Shown here one piece after another: positions 7,795 through 17,367 of a stretch of 64,000 nt of DNA. Location of the stretch: positions 175,448 through 239,447 of the forward strand of contig JANNVQ010000029.1 of assembly GCA_031414535.1 (NCBI GenBank). Direction: 5' to 3'. Made by a program: the position numbers and the translations under genes. Below the pieces are notes generated by a model, which had not been told where the DNA came from, ran no database searches, and saw only the letters and a list, made by a program, of their open reading frames with translations. The DNA is from Gemmatimonas sp. (GTDB lineage: Bacteria; Gemmatimonadota; Gemmatimonadetes; Gemmatimonadales; Gemmatimonadaceae). The first letter of the stretch is position 1, and each line of letters starts with the position of its first letter.

Positions 7795-10443
7795 ATGACC
7801 GATGTGATGCAGCGCCTCTCGAAGGCCCTCGCCGACCGCTACCGCATCGAGCGCGAACTCGGCGCGGGCGGTATGGCCACGGTGTACCTCGCCGAGGACC
7901 TCCGGCATCGTCGCAAAGTCGCGCTCAAGGTGCTGCGCCCTGAGCTCGCGGCCGTCATCGGCGCCGAGCGCTTCCTTCAGGAGATCACCACTACCGCGGC
8001 GCTACAACATCCGCACATCCTCCCGCTGTTCGATTCTGGCGAGGCGGACGGCTTCCTTTTCTATGTGATGCCGTTCATCGATGGCCAAACGCTACGCGAG
8101 CGGCTGCAACGCGAGCGGCAGCTGGGCCTCGATGACGCATTACGAATCACGCGGGAAGTGGCGGATGCGCTGCAGTATGCGCACGAGCACGGCGTAATTC
8201 ATCGCGACATCAAGCCGGAGAACATCCTGCTCGCCAACGGCCGTCCGATGGTCGCCGACTTCGGCATCGCGCTCGCGGTCCAGCAGGCTGGCGGCGAGCG
8301 GATGACGCAGACTGGACTCTCGCTCGGCACGCCGCAGTATATGAGTCCAGAGCAGGCGATGGGCGAGCGTACGCTCGATGCGCGCGCCGACGTGTACGCG
8401 CTGGGTGCGGTGCTCTACGAGATGCTCACGGGCGACCCGCCGTTCACGGGGTCGAGTGTGCAGGCCATCGTGGCGCGCATCTTGAGTGAGCGGCCGACGC
8501 CAATCGAGACCCTGCGCGACACGGTTCCATCGTCCATCACGGCGGCGGTGTCGCGCGCACTCGCCAAGCTGCCGGCGGATCGTTTCGCCTCGGCGGCACA
8601 GTTTGCGCAGGCGCTCAGCAACACTGGCCAATCGGGGGCCGCATTCGCCGTCCAGCGTCCGAGCAAGCCTGGAGTCTCGCGCCTCGTTGCGGCGCTTGCC
8701 GCCGTCACGGTAATCAGCCTTGGCTTGGCCGCTTTCGCGCTCACTCGATCCAGCAGTACGGGCCTGGCGATGCAGTCCTTCGACGCGGCGCTACCAGATA
8801 CCGCGAAGATGGCGCCCGAAGTGCAGTTCGCCACCGTCGGTTTCGGCGGCGCTGTGAGGAATCTCTCTCTGTCTCCCGATGGGAGCTTCCTCGTGTATGT
8901 GGTTCAGCGCAACGACTCCAGCTCCCTCTGGTACCGCAGCCTCATTGATGCCTCGCTACGCCGCATTCCCGGCACCGACGGTGCTATGTCGCCCCGCGTG
9001 TCTCCAGACGGGCAACGGATTGTCTTTTTGGCCAAGGGAAACCTCGTCATTGTGCCTCTCGAGGGCGGAGCACCGCGCGTGCTTCGCGAGGGGGTGAGTC
9101 GCAGCGCCGAATGGATCTCGCCGAGCAAGCTGTACGCCTTTGATAATGACGGATATCGGCTCATCTGGATTGATGCCGATGCTGGTGTGCTTGAAGAGAT
9201 ATCGCTCGAGAGTCAGGGGATGCGCTGCATCTTCGGTGTGTGGCTCCCTGAGCAGGAACGCCTGCTCTGCAGCTTCAACGAGACGGCGAAGCTCTTCAAT
9301 CCGCGCGTGCCTGGCGATACGGTGATTCGCACCACCGCAGCCAGTGGTGAGCTTGGCCCGCCAGTGTCTGGATCTAACTTCCGCATCATTGACGGGCGCT
9401 ACTTGCTCTATGTGACGCTCGACGGCGAATTGCGGGCGGCGAGCTACGATGCCAAGAAGCTCAGCATCGGCCGTTCAGTCGCGCTAGCCTCGGGCGTGTA
9501 CCGTGACGTCCTCGGTGCCACGCAGCTTGATATCTCCGCGAATGGCACACTGGTGTATGCGCCGGCCGCGGGCCCGATGTCCTTGCAACTCGTGGAACAG
9601 GAAGAAGGCGCGGCGCCGCTGCCCTTGCCGGTGGAACCTGCGGCGTTCCTCCGCTTCGATCTCACGCGCGAGCGGCGACGACTTGCTGCCGTCGTTGGCA
9701 CGCGCGATGGGCAAGAGCTCCGCGTGTATGATTTGCGCTCCGGGCAGCGTTCGGTATGGTTGCGCGGGCAGGATATCCAGTTCCCCGCTTGGAGCCCGCG
9801 AGGGGACCGGCTTGCGGTGCAGATTCTCGTGGACGCACAGCGTCGTCTGGTGATTGGTTCACCTGAATCATCGAGCGCTCCCGAGACGCTCAGTGTGGCA
9901 AGCGGCGCCATCTCCACGCTCGACGCGATGGAGTTCATTGACGAGCAGACCATTTTGGTGCGTGACCCGGATAAAGCCTTCATCGCACGCCTAGACATCT
10001 CCACGAAGCCCGCGCGCCTCGACACCTTGGTGCAGGGTGGCATTTTCGCCAGCGTCTCGCCCGATAGACGGAGGCTGGTGTGGCACACGCCTCGAGGCGG
10101 CACGCTCTATGTGAGCAGTTTTCCACCCAACGACACGCGCAGCACCATCGCCGAGAATGCGGTAGAGCCGTTGTGGCTTTCTTCCACGGATTTGCTCTAC
10201 CGCTCGGGCAACACGTGGTACCTCGCGCAACTCGATGCCGCTACCGGCGAACTCACGGGGCCCCCTCGCCGCTGGGGAAAAAATCCGCTGTTCCTCGATA
10301 CTCCCGGGTGGTCAAACCGGCTTTCACACGATCGCGGCATCATTTATATGTCGCGTGTAGAAGCGGCTGCGGCATCCTACCTGCGACTGATGCCGGACTT
10401 CATCACTCGAATGAAGGCCGCGGTGGCCGCTGCGAATCGCTAA
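7795..10443 (+). CDS. Ser/Thr kinase - TM - TolB/PD40-like beta-propeller
   Basis: Complete kinase motifs (HRDIKPEN, DFG, GTPQYMSPE); TM helix; repeated SPDG/WSPRG blades. Confidence 0.9.
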   Translation: MTDVMQRLSKALADRYRIERELGAGGMATVYLAEDLRHRRKVALKVLRPELAAVIGAERFLQEITTTAALQHPHILPLFDSGEADGFLFYVMPFIDGQTLRERLQRERQLGLDDALRITREVADALQYAHEHGVIHRDIKPENILLANGRPMVADFGIALAVQQAGGERMTQTGLSLGTPQYMSPEQAMGERTLDARADVYALGAVLYEMLTGDPPFTGSSVQAIVARILSERPTPIETLRDTVPSSITAAVSRALAKLPADRFASAAQFAQALSNTGQSGAAFAVQRPSKPGVSRLVAALAAVTVISLGLAAFALTRSSSTGLAMQSFDAALPDTAKMAPEVQFATVGFGGAVRNLSLSPDGSFLVYVVQRNDSSSLWYRSLIDASLRRIPGTDGAMSPRVSPDGQRIVFLAKGNLVIVPLEGGAPRVLREGVSRSAEWISPSKLYAFDNDGYRLIWIDADAGVLEEISLESQGMRCIFGVWLPEQERLLCSFNETAKLFNPRVPGDTVIRTTAASGELGPPVSGSNFRIIDGRYLLYVTLDGELRAASYDAKKLSIGRSVALASGVYRDVLGATQLDISANGTLVYAPAAGPMSLQLVEQEEGAAPLPLPVEPAAFLRFDLTRERRRLAAVVGTRDGQELRVYDLRSGQRSVWLRGQDIQFPAWSPRGDRLAVQILVDAQRRLVIGSPESSSAPETLSVASGAISTLDAMEFIDEQTILVRDPDKAFIARLDISTKPARLDTLVQGGIFASVSPDRRRLVWHTPRGGTLYVSSFPPNDTRSTIAENAVEPLWLSSTDLLYRSGNTWYLAQLDAATGELTGPPRRWGKNPLFLDTPGWSNRLSHDRGIIYMSRVEAAAASYLRLMPDFITRMKAAVAAANR

Positions 10444-12587
10444 GCCGGCCGCGCGTTCACCGTCACCAACACCCCGCTGAACGCGGCGTTGCCCGTGAGC
10501 GCATCAATCGCCTGATCGTCCGTGAGGTCATTGATGCTCACGCCGGGATGCTCCGCCGCGATGCGCAACTGCGTGCCAGCGCGCCCATGCCCCCAGCCGT
10601 GCGGAAGGCTGACCACGCCGGGCATCATCTCGTCGCTCACCGCGAGCTCGGCGTCCACCGTCCCAACCCGAGCGTTGATGCGCACCACGGCGCCGTCGAA
10701 CAGGTTGCGCGCCGCGGCATCACTCGGGTGCATCAGCAACGTGCAGCGATTCTTCCCTCGCACGAGCCGTTCCACATTGTGCATCCACGAGTTGCTTGAG
10801 CGTGTGGCGCGGCGGCCAATCAATGCGAGCGAATCGCCATTTGAGGCCGCCTGGCCAAGCAGGCGTGCTTCCAGTCTTGCAACGTCAGCCACGAAAAGCG
10901 CCGGCGCGGCGTGGATGCGTCGGTCTGGGGTGTGCAGCTTGGCGAGCAGGCAGGGCTTGAGCGCGCCGAGGTCTATGCCGTGTGGCTGTTGTTTCAGCGC
11001 GCCAAGCGAGATCCCGCGGCCCAGGGGTGAGAATCCCTTGCCATACGGACCAGTGCGTAGCGCATAGTCGAGCATCATCGAGGGCCCACCGATAGCTTGC
11101 GCCAGACCACGTAGCTTAGCGGGAACCCCGCGACTCAATCGCGAGGCGATTGAATTCATAATCTGCCACTCGTGCCGCGCCTCAGCGGGCTTCTCAAACA
11201 CCGGCGCCGAATACTTGGCCGTGTCGCGCACCGCGAGCGCATGAAAGATCACATCGTAGTGCTCGCGCTCCAGCGGCGAACTCGGCGGCAGGATGAGATG
11301 CGCGTGCCGCGTCGTCTCGTTCAGGTAAAAGTCGATGGCGACGTAGAACTCCATCTGCGCGAGTGCCGCGTCGAGACGAGTGCCATTGGGTGTGGAGAGC
11401 ACAGGGTTGCCGCCGTGCGTCACAAAGCCACGCACTTGGCCGGGGCCGGCGGTGTCCATCTCCTCGGCCAGTGCCGCCACTGGAAGCTCGCCGGCGACCT
11501 CCGGCAGGCCACGCACACGAGTCTTCCAGCGGCCAAAGCGAGGTGTGCCGTCGCGCTGTTGGTCGGCGCGGAGCACATCCACGGCCGGCGACGTAAACAT
11601 CGCGCCGCCCACTGCATCAATGCGTCCGCATACGAGGTTGAGCGCTGTGATCAACCAAGTGGCCAGGCCTCCGAACTCCTGCATCGAGACGCCGACGCGC
11701 CCGTAGGCGACGCCAGTGGGCGCGGCCGCGAAGTCACGCGCCATCGTGCGAATGGTTTCGGCCGCGATTCCGGTGGAGTCAGCAACGCGCTCCGGAGTAA
11801 AGCGCGCTGAAGTGTCCCGCAGGGCATCCACGCCATCGGTGACCGCGCTCAAGTGTCCACGACGCTCCAATCCCTCGGCGAATATCACCTGCAGCAATGC
11901 CAGGAGCAGCAGCGCGTCCGTGCCCGGGCGAATGGCGTGGTGCGCGTCGGCCAGCGCGGCAGTTTCGGTGCGACGCGGATCAATGACCACCACGCGACCA
12001 CCACGTGCCCGAATGGCCTTGATCCGCTCCGAGGCACCGGGCGCCGTCATCAAACTGCCATTCGATATCGCAGGGTTTGCGCCAAACACCAGCAGGTGGT
12101 CGGTGCGGTCGAGGTCCGGAACAGGGATGAGTAGCAGGTGCCCAAACATGTACATCGCCGCGACGTGCGCGGGCAGTTGGTCCACCGAGGTGGCACTGTA
12201 GCGATTCTTGGTGCGAAGCGCGCGCAAGAAGTCGCCTACGAAGAGCATCGCGCCGAGCGAGTGCACGGTGGGGTTGCCCACGTACGATGCCACGGCGTCA
12301 CGCCCATGCTTCAGCTGCACGGCCTGAATGCCATTCACGGCGAGCGTGATGGCTTCATCCCAATCAATCCGCTTCCACTCCGTCCCCACCCGCTTCATCG
12401 GATGTCGGATGCGGTCGGGATCGCTATGGATATCCTGCAGGGCAACAGCCTTGGGGCAAATGTGCCCTTTGCTCAGCGGATCGTCGGCGTCGCCGCGAAT
12501 CTCGAGGACTCGGTCACCCTCGGTGGTGATGACGAGGCCGCACATCGCCTCGCAGAGGGTGCAGGTGCGGAGCTTCTGGGTAGCCAT
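10440..12587 (-). CDS. Mo/W-bis-PGD oxidoreductase (DMSO reductase superfamily), cytoplasmic
   Basis: RTCTLCEAMCG...ICPK 4Fe-4S motif; GANP, VIDPRRTETA, NETTRHAHLILP; C-terminal MHPSDA...PHGWG dinucleotide-binding domain; no Tat RR signal. Confidence 0.9.
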   Translation of the reverse strand: MATQKLRTCTLCEAMCGLVITTEGDRVLEIRGDADDPLSKGHICPKAVALQDIHSDPDRIRHPMKRVGTEWKRIDWDEAITLAVNGIQAVQLKHGRDAVASYVGNPTVHSLGAMLFVGDFLRALRTKNRYSATSVDQLPAHVAAMYMFGHLLLIPVPDLDRTDHLLVFGANPAISNGSLMTAPGASERIKAIRARGGRVVVIDPRRTETAALADAHHAIRPGTDALLLLALLQVIFAEGLERRGHLSAVTDGVDALRDTSARFTPERVADSTGIAAETIRTMARDFAAAPTGVAYGRVGVSMQEFGGLATWLITALNLVCGRIDAVGGAMFTSPAVDVLRADQQRDGTPRFGRWKTRVRGLPEVAGELPVAALAEEMDTAGPGQVRGFVTHGGNPVLSTPNGTRLDAALAQMEFYVAIDFYLNETTRHAHLILPPSSPLEREHYDVIFHALAVRDTAKYSAPVFEKPAEARHEWQIMNSIASRLSRGVPAKLRGLAQAIGGPSMMLDYALRTGPYGKGFSPLGRGISLGALKQQPHGIDLGALKPCLLAKLHTPDRRIHAAPALFVADVARLEARLLGQAASNGDSLALIGRRATRSSNSWMHNVERLVRGKNRCTLLMHPSDAAARNLFDGAVVRINARVGTVDAELAVSDEMMPGVVSLPHGWGHGRAGTQLRIAAEHPGVSINDLTDDQAIDALTGNAAFSGVLVTVNARPA

Positions 12588-12589
12588 GC

Positions 12590-14059
12590 TTATGCTCCTC
12601 CCACAATCGCTTCAGCCTCAATCTCCACCATGTACTCGTCGCCGATGAGCCCCGCACACACCATCGTATTTGCCGGTTGAATGCCAGCAAAGCGCACACC
12701 GTGCGCCCGCGCGACTGGCTCCCAGTGCGCAATGTTCGAGACGTAGATGTGCGTGCGCACCACGTCCTCCAGCCGCCCGCCGAGCGACTCAATCGCGCCG
12801 GCAATCTTGTCAATCACAAAGTGCGTCTGCGCCGCTGGGTCGCTGCCGCCAATCACACGCTCCCCGTGCGTCGCCGTCGTGCCCGACACCATGATGCGAT
12901 CTCCAACGCGCACCGCGCGTGAATAGCCGGCGAGTGACTCCCACGCCGTGCCCGACAACGCACGACGCCGGCCGTCAGCATCCACACGCACTGGGTACGG
13001 CGCCGGGAACCCGTCCACGTGGTGACTGAGGTCGCCGCTGGCCGTGAGGTACGGCGGCTTCCGATACTCGTCGCCGCAGTCACCGCTGATGGGTTGCAGC
13101 GTGGCGAGTACCTCAGCCAGTTCCTGGCGGTCAGTTGCGCTCAGGCGAAGCGCATCAATGCGCGCATTGTCTTCAATGTGCGCGCTTTGCCCCAATCGTG
13201 CGCCAACAATAACTCCGCCCACGGCAGGCGCATCGAGAATCACCCGCGCAGCGACATTCGCGATGGACGCATCGTGGCGATCGGCCACGGCGCGCGCCAC
13301 GCGCAAAACACGTTGCAAGGCATCCCAACCACCGGCCGCGCGGATAAATCTCCCGTACTTCATCTGCGACCAGGTCTCGAGCGCATCCCAATCAGGCTCA
13401 TCGCGCCCCAACCAGCGATCCGAAAGAAATCCGCCAGCCAGCGTGCCAAACGCGAGCAGCGCGATGCCCTTGGACTCGCAGTACTCCGCCATCGCGCCGG
13501 CGGCACGCTGGTCGAGAAGGGAATAGCAGAGCTGGTTGCTGACAATGGGCACGCCACTCTCGACAATCAAGCGCAGGTGCGCCGTGTCGGTGTTGGTAAC
13601 GCCCAAGTGTCGAATCAATCCCTCGCGACGCAACTCGTCGAGGTAGAACATCGCATCCAACCAACTCGGATGCGTGTACGCCCACGCGTGGAACTGCAGC
13701 AAATCTATCTGTGACACGTTCATTCGCGTCCGCGCACGGTCAACGGCGGCTCGCACTTGTTCGCGCGTGATGGGACCCGGCTCGGGCACCCACTTCGTGA
13801 GCGTCTCGATGGCCGGCCCCACCGAATTCGCGCGGTAGTGGCCGACGATATCCTCCGCCGAGCCGTAGTGGTCCGCCATATCAAACGTGGTGAATCCGGC
13901 GGCGGCGTACGGCAGAAGCGACTTTGCGGCTTCGTCACGCGGGAGCAGTTGGCCGCTGCGTTCGAGATCTGCGACCTGCCAGAGCCCCGTCAGTACTCGG
14001 GTAATCGACAGGTCTGCAGCCAAGGCGTATCGCGACGGCGTGCGCGTTGGGGCGTTCAT
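12590..14059 (-). CDS. Aldo/keto reductase fused to a C-terminal Rid (YjgF/YER057c/UK114) domain
   Basis: GLWQ, FDMADHY, TK, LLQFH, LGVTN (AKR); GYSRAVRVGDRIMVSGTT, DVVRT, PANTMV, VEIEAEA (Rid). Confidence 0.88.
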   Translation of the reverse strand: MNAPTRTPSRYALAADLSITRVLTGLWQVADLERSGQLLPRDEAAKSLLPYAAAGFTTFDMADHYGSAEDIVGHYRANSVGPAIETLTKWVPEPGPITREQVRAAVDRARTRMNVSQIDLLQFHAWAYTHPSWLDAMFYLDELRREGLIRHLGVTNTDTAHLRLIVESGVPIVSNQLCYSLLDQRAAGAMAEYCESKGIALLAFGTLAGGFLSDRWLGRDEPDWDALETWSQMKYGRFIRAAGGWDALQRVLRVARAVADRHDASIANVAARVILDAPAVGGVIVGARLGQSAHIEDNARIDALRLSATDRQELAEVLATLQPISGDCGDEYRKPPYLTASGDLSHHVDGFPAPYPVRVDADGRRRALSGTAWESLAGYSRAVRVGDRIMVSGTTATHGERVIGGSDPAAQTHFVIDKIAGAIESLGGRLEDVVRTHIYVSNIAHWEPVARAHGVRFAGIQPANTMVCAGLIGDEYMVEIEAEAIVGGA

Positions 14060-14086
14060 AGAATGAGCGTCTGAAGGTGCACTGGC

Positions 14087-15568
14087 TTACTCAGGTGGAA
14101 GCGTGGAGAATCGCTCTGCCAGCGAGACACCCGACCGCTCAAGGGCCGCGACCTCGCGCTGATAGATCAGCGTCCCAACCGCCATCACCAGCAGCCAGAC
14201 CGGCGTGGAGCGGAAGTACCAGGCATCAACCGACGCCGTAAGGTCCTTCCACACGTGCACCGTCAAAAAGAGCAACAACACGAGCACGCCTGACGCGGCT
14301 ACGCCTGTGCGCAACACGGGACTGCTAATCACCTTCATATCAGCCGCCAACACCGGGTTCGTGCGCGGCAGCGCAATCACCGAGACGCACATCAGCAGGA
14401 AGTTGACGAGCATCGAGACCACTAGCAGGTCAACGCCGAGGAAAAAGTCGCCGGCGAGGTGGCTGCCGAGGATACCGACGCTGGCCATCAATCCGCTGGC
14501 GACAATTGCTGCCACGGGCGTACGCCGAACAGGATGAATCATCCCAACTCGTTTGGGAAAGATGCCGTCCTCCGCCCACGCAAACATCAAGCGGGAGACT
14601 GAGAGAATCATCGCCGGAAGATCGTTCGTCAGGGCAATCGCCGCGCCGGCCACGATGAGCACGGTGAACGTGGGGTCGAGCAGGTAGCCGAGTAGCCCCG
14701 GCGCGGTGAGATCGCGCGTGCCCGCTTCGGCAGCGACGAACCACCACGGCACCGTATTGTAGACGGCCCCAGCAAACGCGAAGTAGAACGTCGCGGTCAC
14801 CAAGACGGCGACACCGATGGCGCGCGGTAAGTCGCGGGCTGGATGCCGCGCTTCACCGCCTGCCTGCGCAATCGCATCGAATCCGATAAAACTCGAGAAG
14901 AGCACCGCCGACGCCGACAAGAACGTGCGAAGATTAAACGGCGCGCTTGGCTCAGCGCCTAGGGTACGCTGCTCCTTGGCCAGCAGTGCCGCGGTGAAAT
15001 CATCGTGGGAGAACGACCATCCCACCACAATCACAATCAAGCCGGCAAGGAACATCAACACCATCAAGGGGATCAGCGTTTTCTGATACGCGCCAAGGCC
15101 CCGCATGTTCACTAGCACGAATCCCCAGAGGAATGCCATCGCCAACGCGACGCGTGCCCAGCCGTGCTGTAGCATAACCGCGAGGTCGGCAAACCCAGAG
15201 GCGCTTGCGATGTCACTGAGGAACGCAGGGATGATGTACGACACCACGCCAATGGCAATCGAGAGCCCGAACCATTGTGAGAACGAGGCCACGAACCCGA
15301 GGTAGGGGTTGAGCGCACGGCTGGCGTACAAGTAGCTGCCGCCGGCGCGCGGCATCGCCGAGGCGAGTATTGCGTAACAGAGCGCGGCAAGCAGTGCCGG
15401 AACGGCTGCGAACGCGAACGCCGGCAACACCCAGGGGCCAATGCCCGGGACGTTCCGTTGAATCATGATTGGCACGACGTTGATCGAGGCTCCGATCATC
15501 GAGCAGATACCGGTGGCCGCGAGACCGAGCAGCCCGAGGTCGCGAGCGAGACGCGGAGACGAGGTCAT
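14087..15568 (-). CDS. APC-family amino acid/polyamine permease
   Basis: LARDLG, SMIGASI, MPRAGGSY, FIGFD, EARHPARDLPRAI, SRLMFAWAEDGIFP; about 12 hydrophobic segments. Confidence 0.9.
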   Translation of the reverse strand: MTSSPRLARDLGLLGLAATGICSMIGASINVVPIMIQRNVPGIGPWVLPAFAFAAVPALLAALCYAILASAMPRAGGSYLYASRALNPYLGFVASFSQWFGLSIAIGVVSYIIPAFLSDIASASGFADLAVMLQHGWARVALAMAFLWGFVLVNMRGLGAYQKTLIPLMVLMFLAGLIVIVVGWSFSHDDFTAALLAKEQRTLGAEPSAPFNLRTFLSASAVLFSSFIGFDAIAQAGGEARHPARDLPRAIGVAVLVTATFYFAFAGAVYNTVPWWFVAAEAGTRDLTAPGLLGYLLDPTFTVLIVAGAAIALTNDLPAMILSVSRLMFAWAEDGIFPKRVGMIHPVRRTPVAAIVASGLMASVGILGSHLAGDFFLGVDLLVVSMLVNFLLMCVSVIALPRTNPVLAADMKVISSPVLRTGVAASGVLVLLLFLTVHVWKDLTASVDAWYFRSTPVWLLVMAVGTLIYQREVAALERSGVSLAERFSTLPPE

Positions 15569-15596
15569 GAAATCTCCGTCAATCCAAGGATTGCGA

Positions 15597-17312
15597 TCAC
15601 GGGCGCGGCGGAAGCGGCGTGCTACGGGCAAGGTCCTTCACCATCCGGTCGTCACCCGTGAGTTCCCAGTAGATGAGCGAGGCAGGGATCATCCCGGCGC
15701 CGTTCACTTCCTCAAAGAAGCGCTGCATGGTGAATGCCGAGCCGAGTTGGCGCGCGCGTTGGGCCATCGCCTCTTCCATGAGGCGACCACCGGTCACGTA
15801 CGCTGCTCCGTAGCCGGGTTGACGCAAATACAGATGCTGCTCAAAGCCGAGCAGGGGATCGCGGCGCATCCAGCCGCGCGGTGTCCACGCCACGTGGAAG
15901 TCGGCCGCCTCGGCCATCGTATACTCATTGCTGTGCGCGTAGAGATTGCCCAGTCCACGCGCCGCGCGCGCGGACAGCATGATCCACACGATCTCGCGCG
16001 AGCGCGGGCTGTTGTCGTAGAGCCCCGCGTGCATCATCCACTCTTCCATCACCGTAGCCATGCCCTCGGCGCGGCTCATCCACACGTTGTAAAGCAGCGG
16101 CGACCGCCGAATGGGGCTGGGGTGCGGCGCGACGCGAATCCGCATGTTGTCCCACCAGTGCCACAGGTGGCTCCAGAGCGGGAGCGGGTCGCGGTGGTTA
16201 CCCTGCGCGAAGAAGTTGCGGGTCGCCTCTGGTGCGAACGGTTGCATACGCTCACGAAGCGCACGCTCAAACCAAGGTTCAACGGTGGTGAACTTCTTGT
16301 CAGCGAGGAAACGCATCATCTGCGCGATGGCTCGCTCCTGAAGTGCGGCGTAGGCCTCGGGCGTCTCAGCTACCGGCATCGGCGGCAGTGCGGCATTGCG
16401 CGTCTCCTCGAGCCGCAGCGACGCGTGCGAGCGCATCAACTCACGCCGCGTGATGGTGACCTCATCCTCCCACGAGAACGGCATGAGCAGGACGTTTCTC
16501 AGATACCATGAGTACTGCTCCTTGCCGATGCCCGAGGGACCGGTGCGCTTGGGCGTCTCGTCGCGGAGCCACTGCGCGAAGTCAACGGTGCTACGGTGTG
16601 CGGCGTCGATGGCGCGCGTCAGGTCTGCAGAGGTCCCTGCGACCTTGGTGCGCAACTGTTCGAGTACCTCGGCTTGCTCTTCAAACGCGCGAACGCCGCC
16701 CACCCAGAGGTCGCGAGCGGTCGAGTTCGCCAGATTGACGCGCGCCTGCCGCAACAGCGGCGGCACGGAGCGCAATTCGACGGTGAGTCGCGCTGCTTCC
16801 TCAGCGGTGAGCGCGCGCGGCGTGTCGAGCACGGTGCGCGGCCACACGGGATACTTCCAGAGCCGGACGGCGCCGTGAATGGTTGGGCCCTCTTCAGCCG
16901 GTGTGTCGCTCTCGTCAGCGCGCACGGAGGCGTAGTACGCCGGATCGCGCGCGAAGGGCTGCAGCACCGTGAGGTGATACTGCATGCCGTTCATCTCAGC
17001 GCGCGCGAGATGCAAGTCCACCTGCTCCGGGATGGACCAACCGGAGGTGTCAACCGCGGCCAGACGCGCTTGGAATTCCTTCAGGCCGGTGAGTCGGCGC
17101 GCGTTGGTTGGCGGCGAGTAGTCGGGCGCGCCGTCCACACGGGGCGGCTCCTCAAAGCTGCGCCAACTGCTAAATAGCGTGACGAGCTGCGGGTAGGTTG
17201 CGCTCGCGGCACGCGCGGGCGCCTGCGCTCCCAGCGGCGCCGTGGCCGACAGGGCGAATGCACCGGCAAACAAGAACGGGACGATCGCGGAGAGGCTGAG
17301 GTGTCGGTTCAT
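15597..17312 (-). CDS. DUF885-like exported protein
   Basis: Signal peptide; C-terminal AEGMATVMEEWM, RAARG, YLRQPGYGAAYVTG and F...V...G.IP pattern of DUF885. Confidence 0.7.
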   Translation of the reverse strand: MNRHLSLSAIVPFLFAGAFALSATAPLGAQAPARAASATYPQLVTLFSSWRSFEEPPRVDGAPDYSPPTNARRLTGLKEFQARLAAVDTSGWSIPEQVDLHLARAEMNGMQYHLTVLQPFARDPAYYASVRADESDTPAEEGPTIHGAVRLWKYPVWPRTVLDTPRALTAEEAARLTVELRSVPPLLRQARVNLANSTARDLWVGGVRAFEEQAEVLEQLRTKVAGTSADLTRAIDAAHRSTVDFAQWLRDETPKRTGPSGIGKEQYSWYLRNVLLMPFSWEDEVTITRRELMRSHASLRLEETRNAALPPMPVAETPEAYAALQERAIAQMMRFLADKKFTTVEPWFERALRERMQPFAPEATRNFFAQGNHRDPLPLWSHLWHWWDNMRIRVAPHPSPIRRSPLLYNVWMSRAEGMATVMEEWMMHAGLYDNSPRSREIVWIMLSARAARGLGNLYAHSNEYTMAEAADFHVAWTPRGWMRRDPLLGFEQHLYLRQPGYGAAYVTGGRLMEEAMAQRARQLGSAFTMQRFFEEVNGAGMIPASLIYWELTGDDRMVKDLARSTPLPPRP

Positions 17313-17367
17313 ACTGCCGAATATGCCTCAGCCGACGCTCCGCGACCATCCTTGTGGCCTTGCTATC

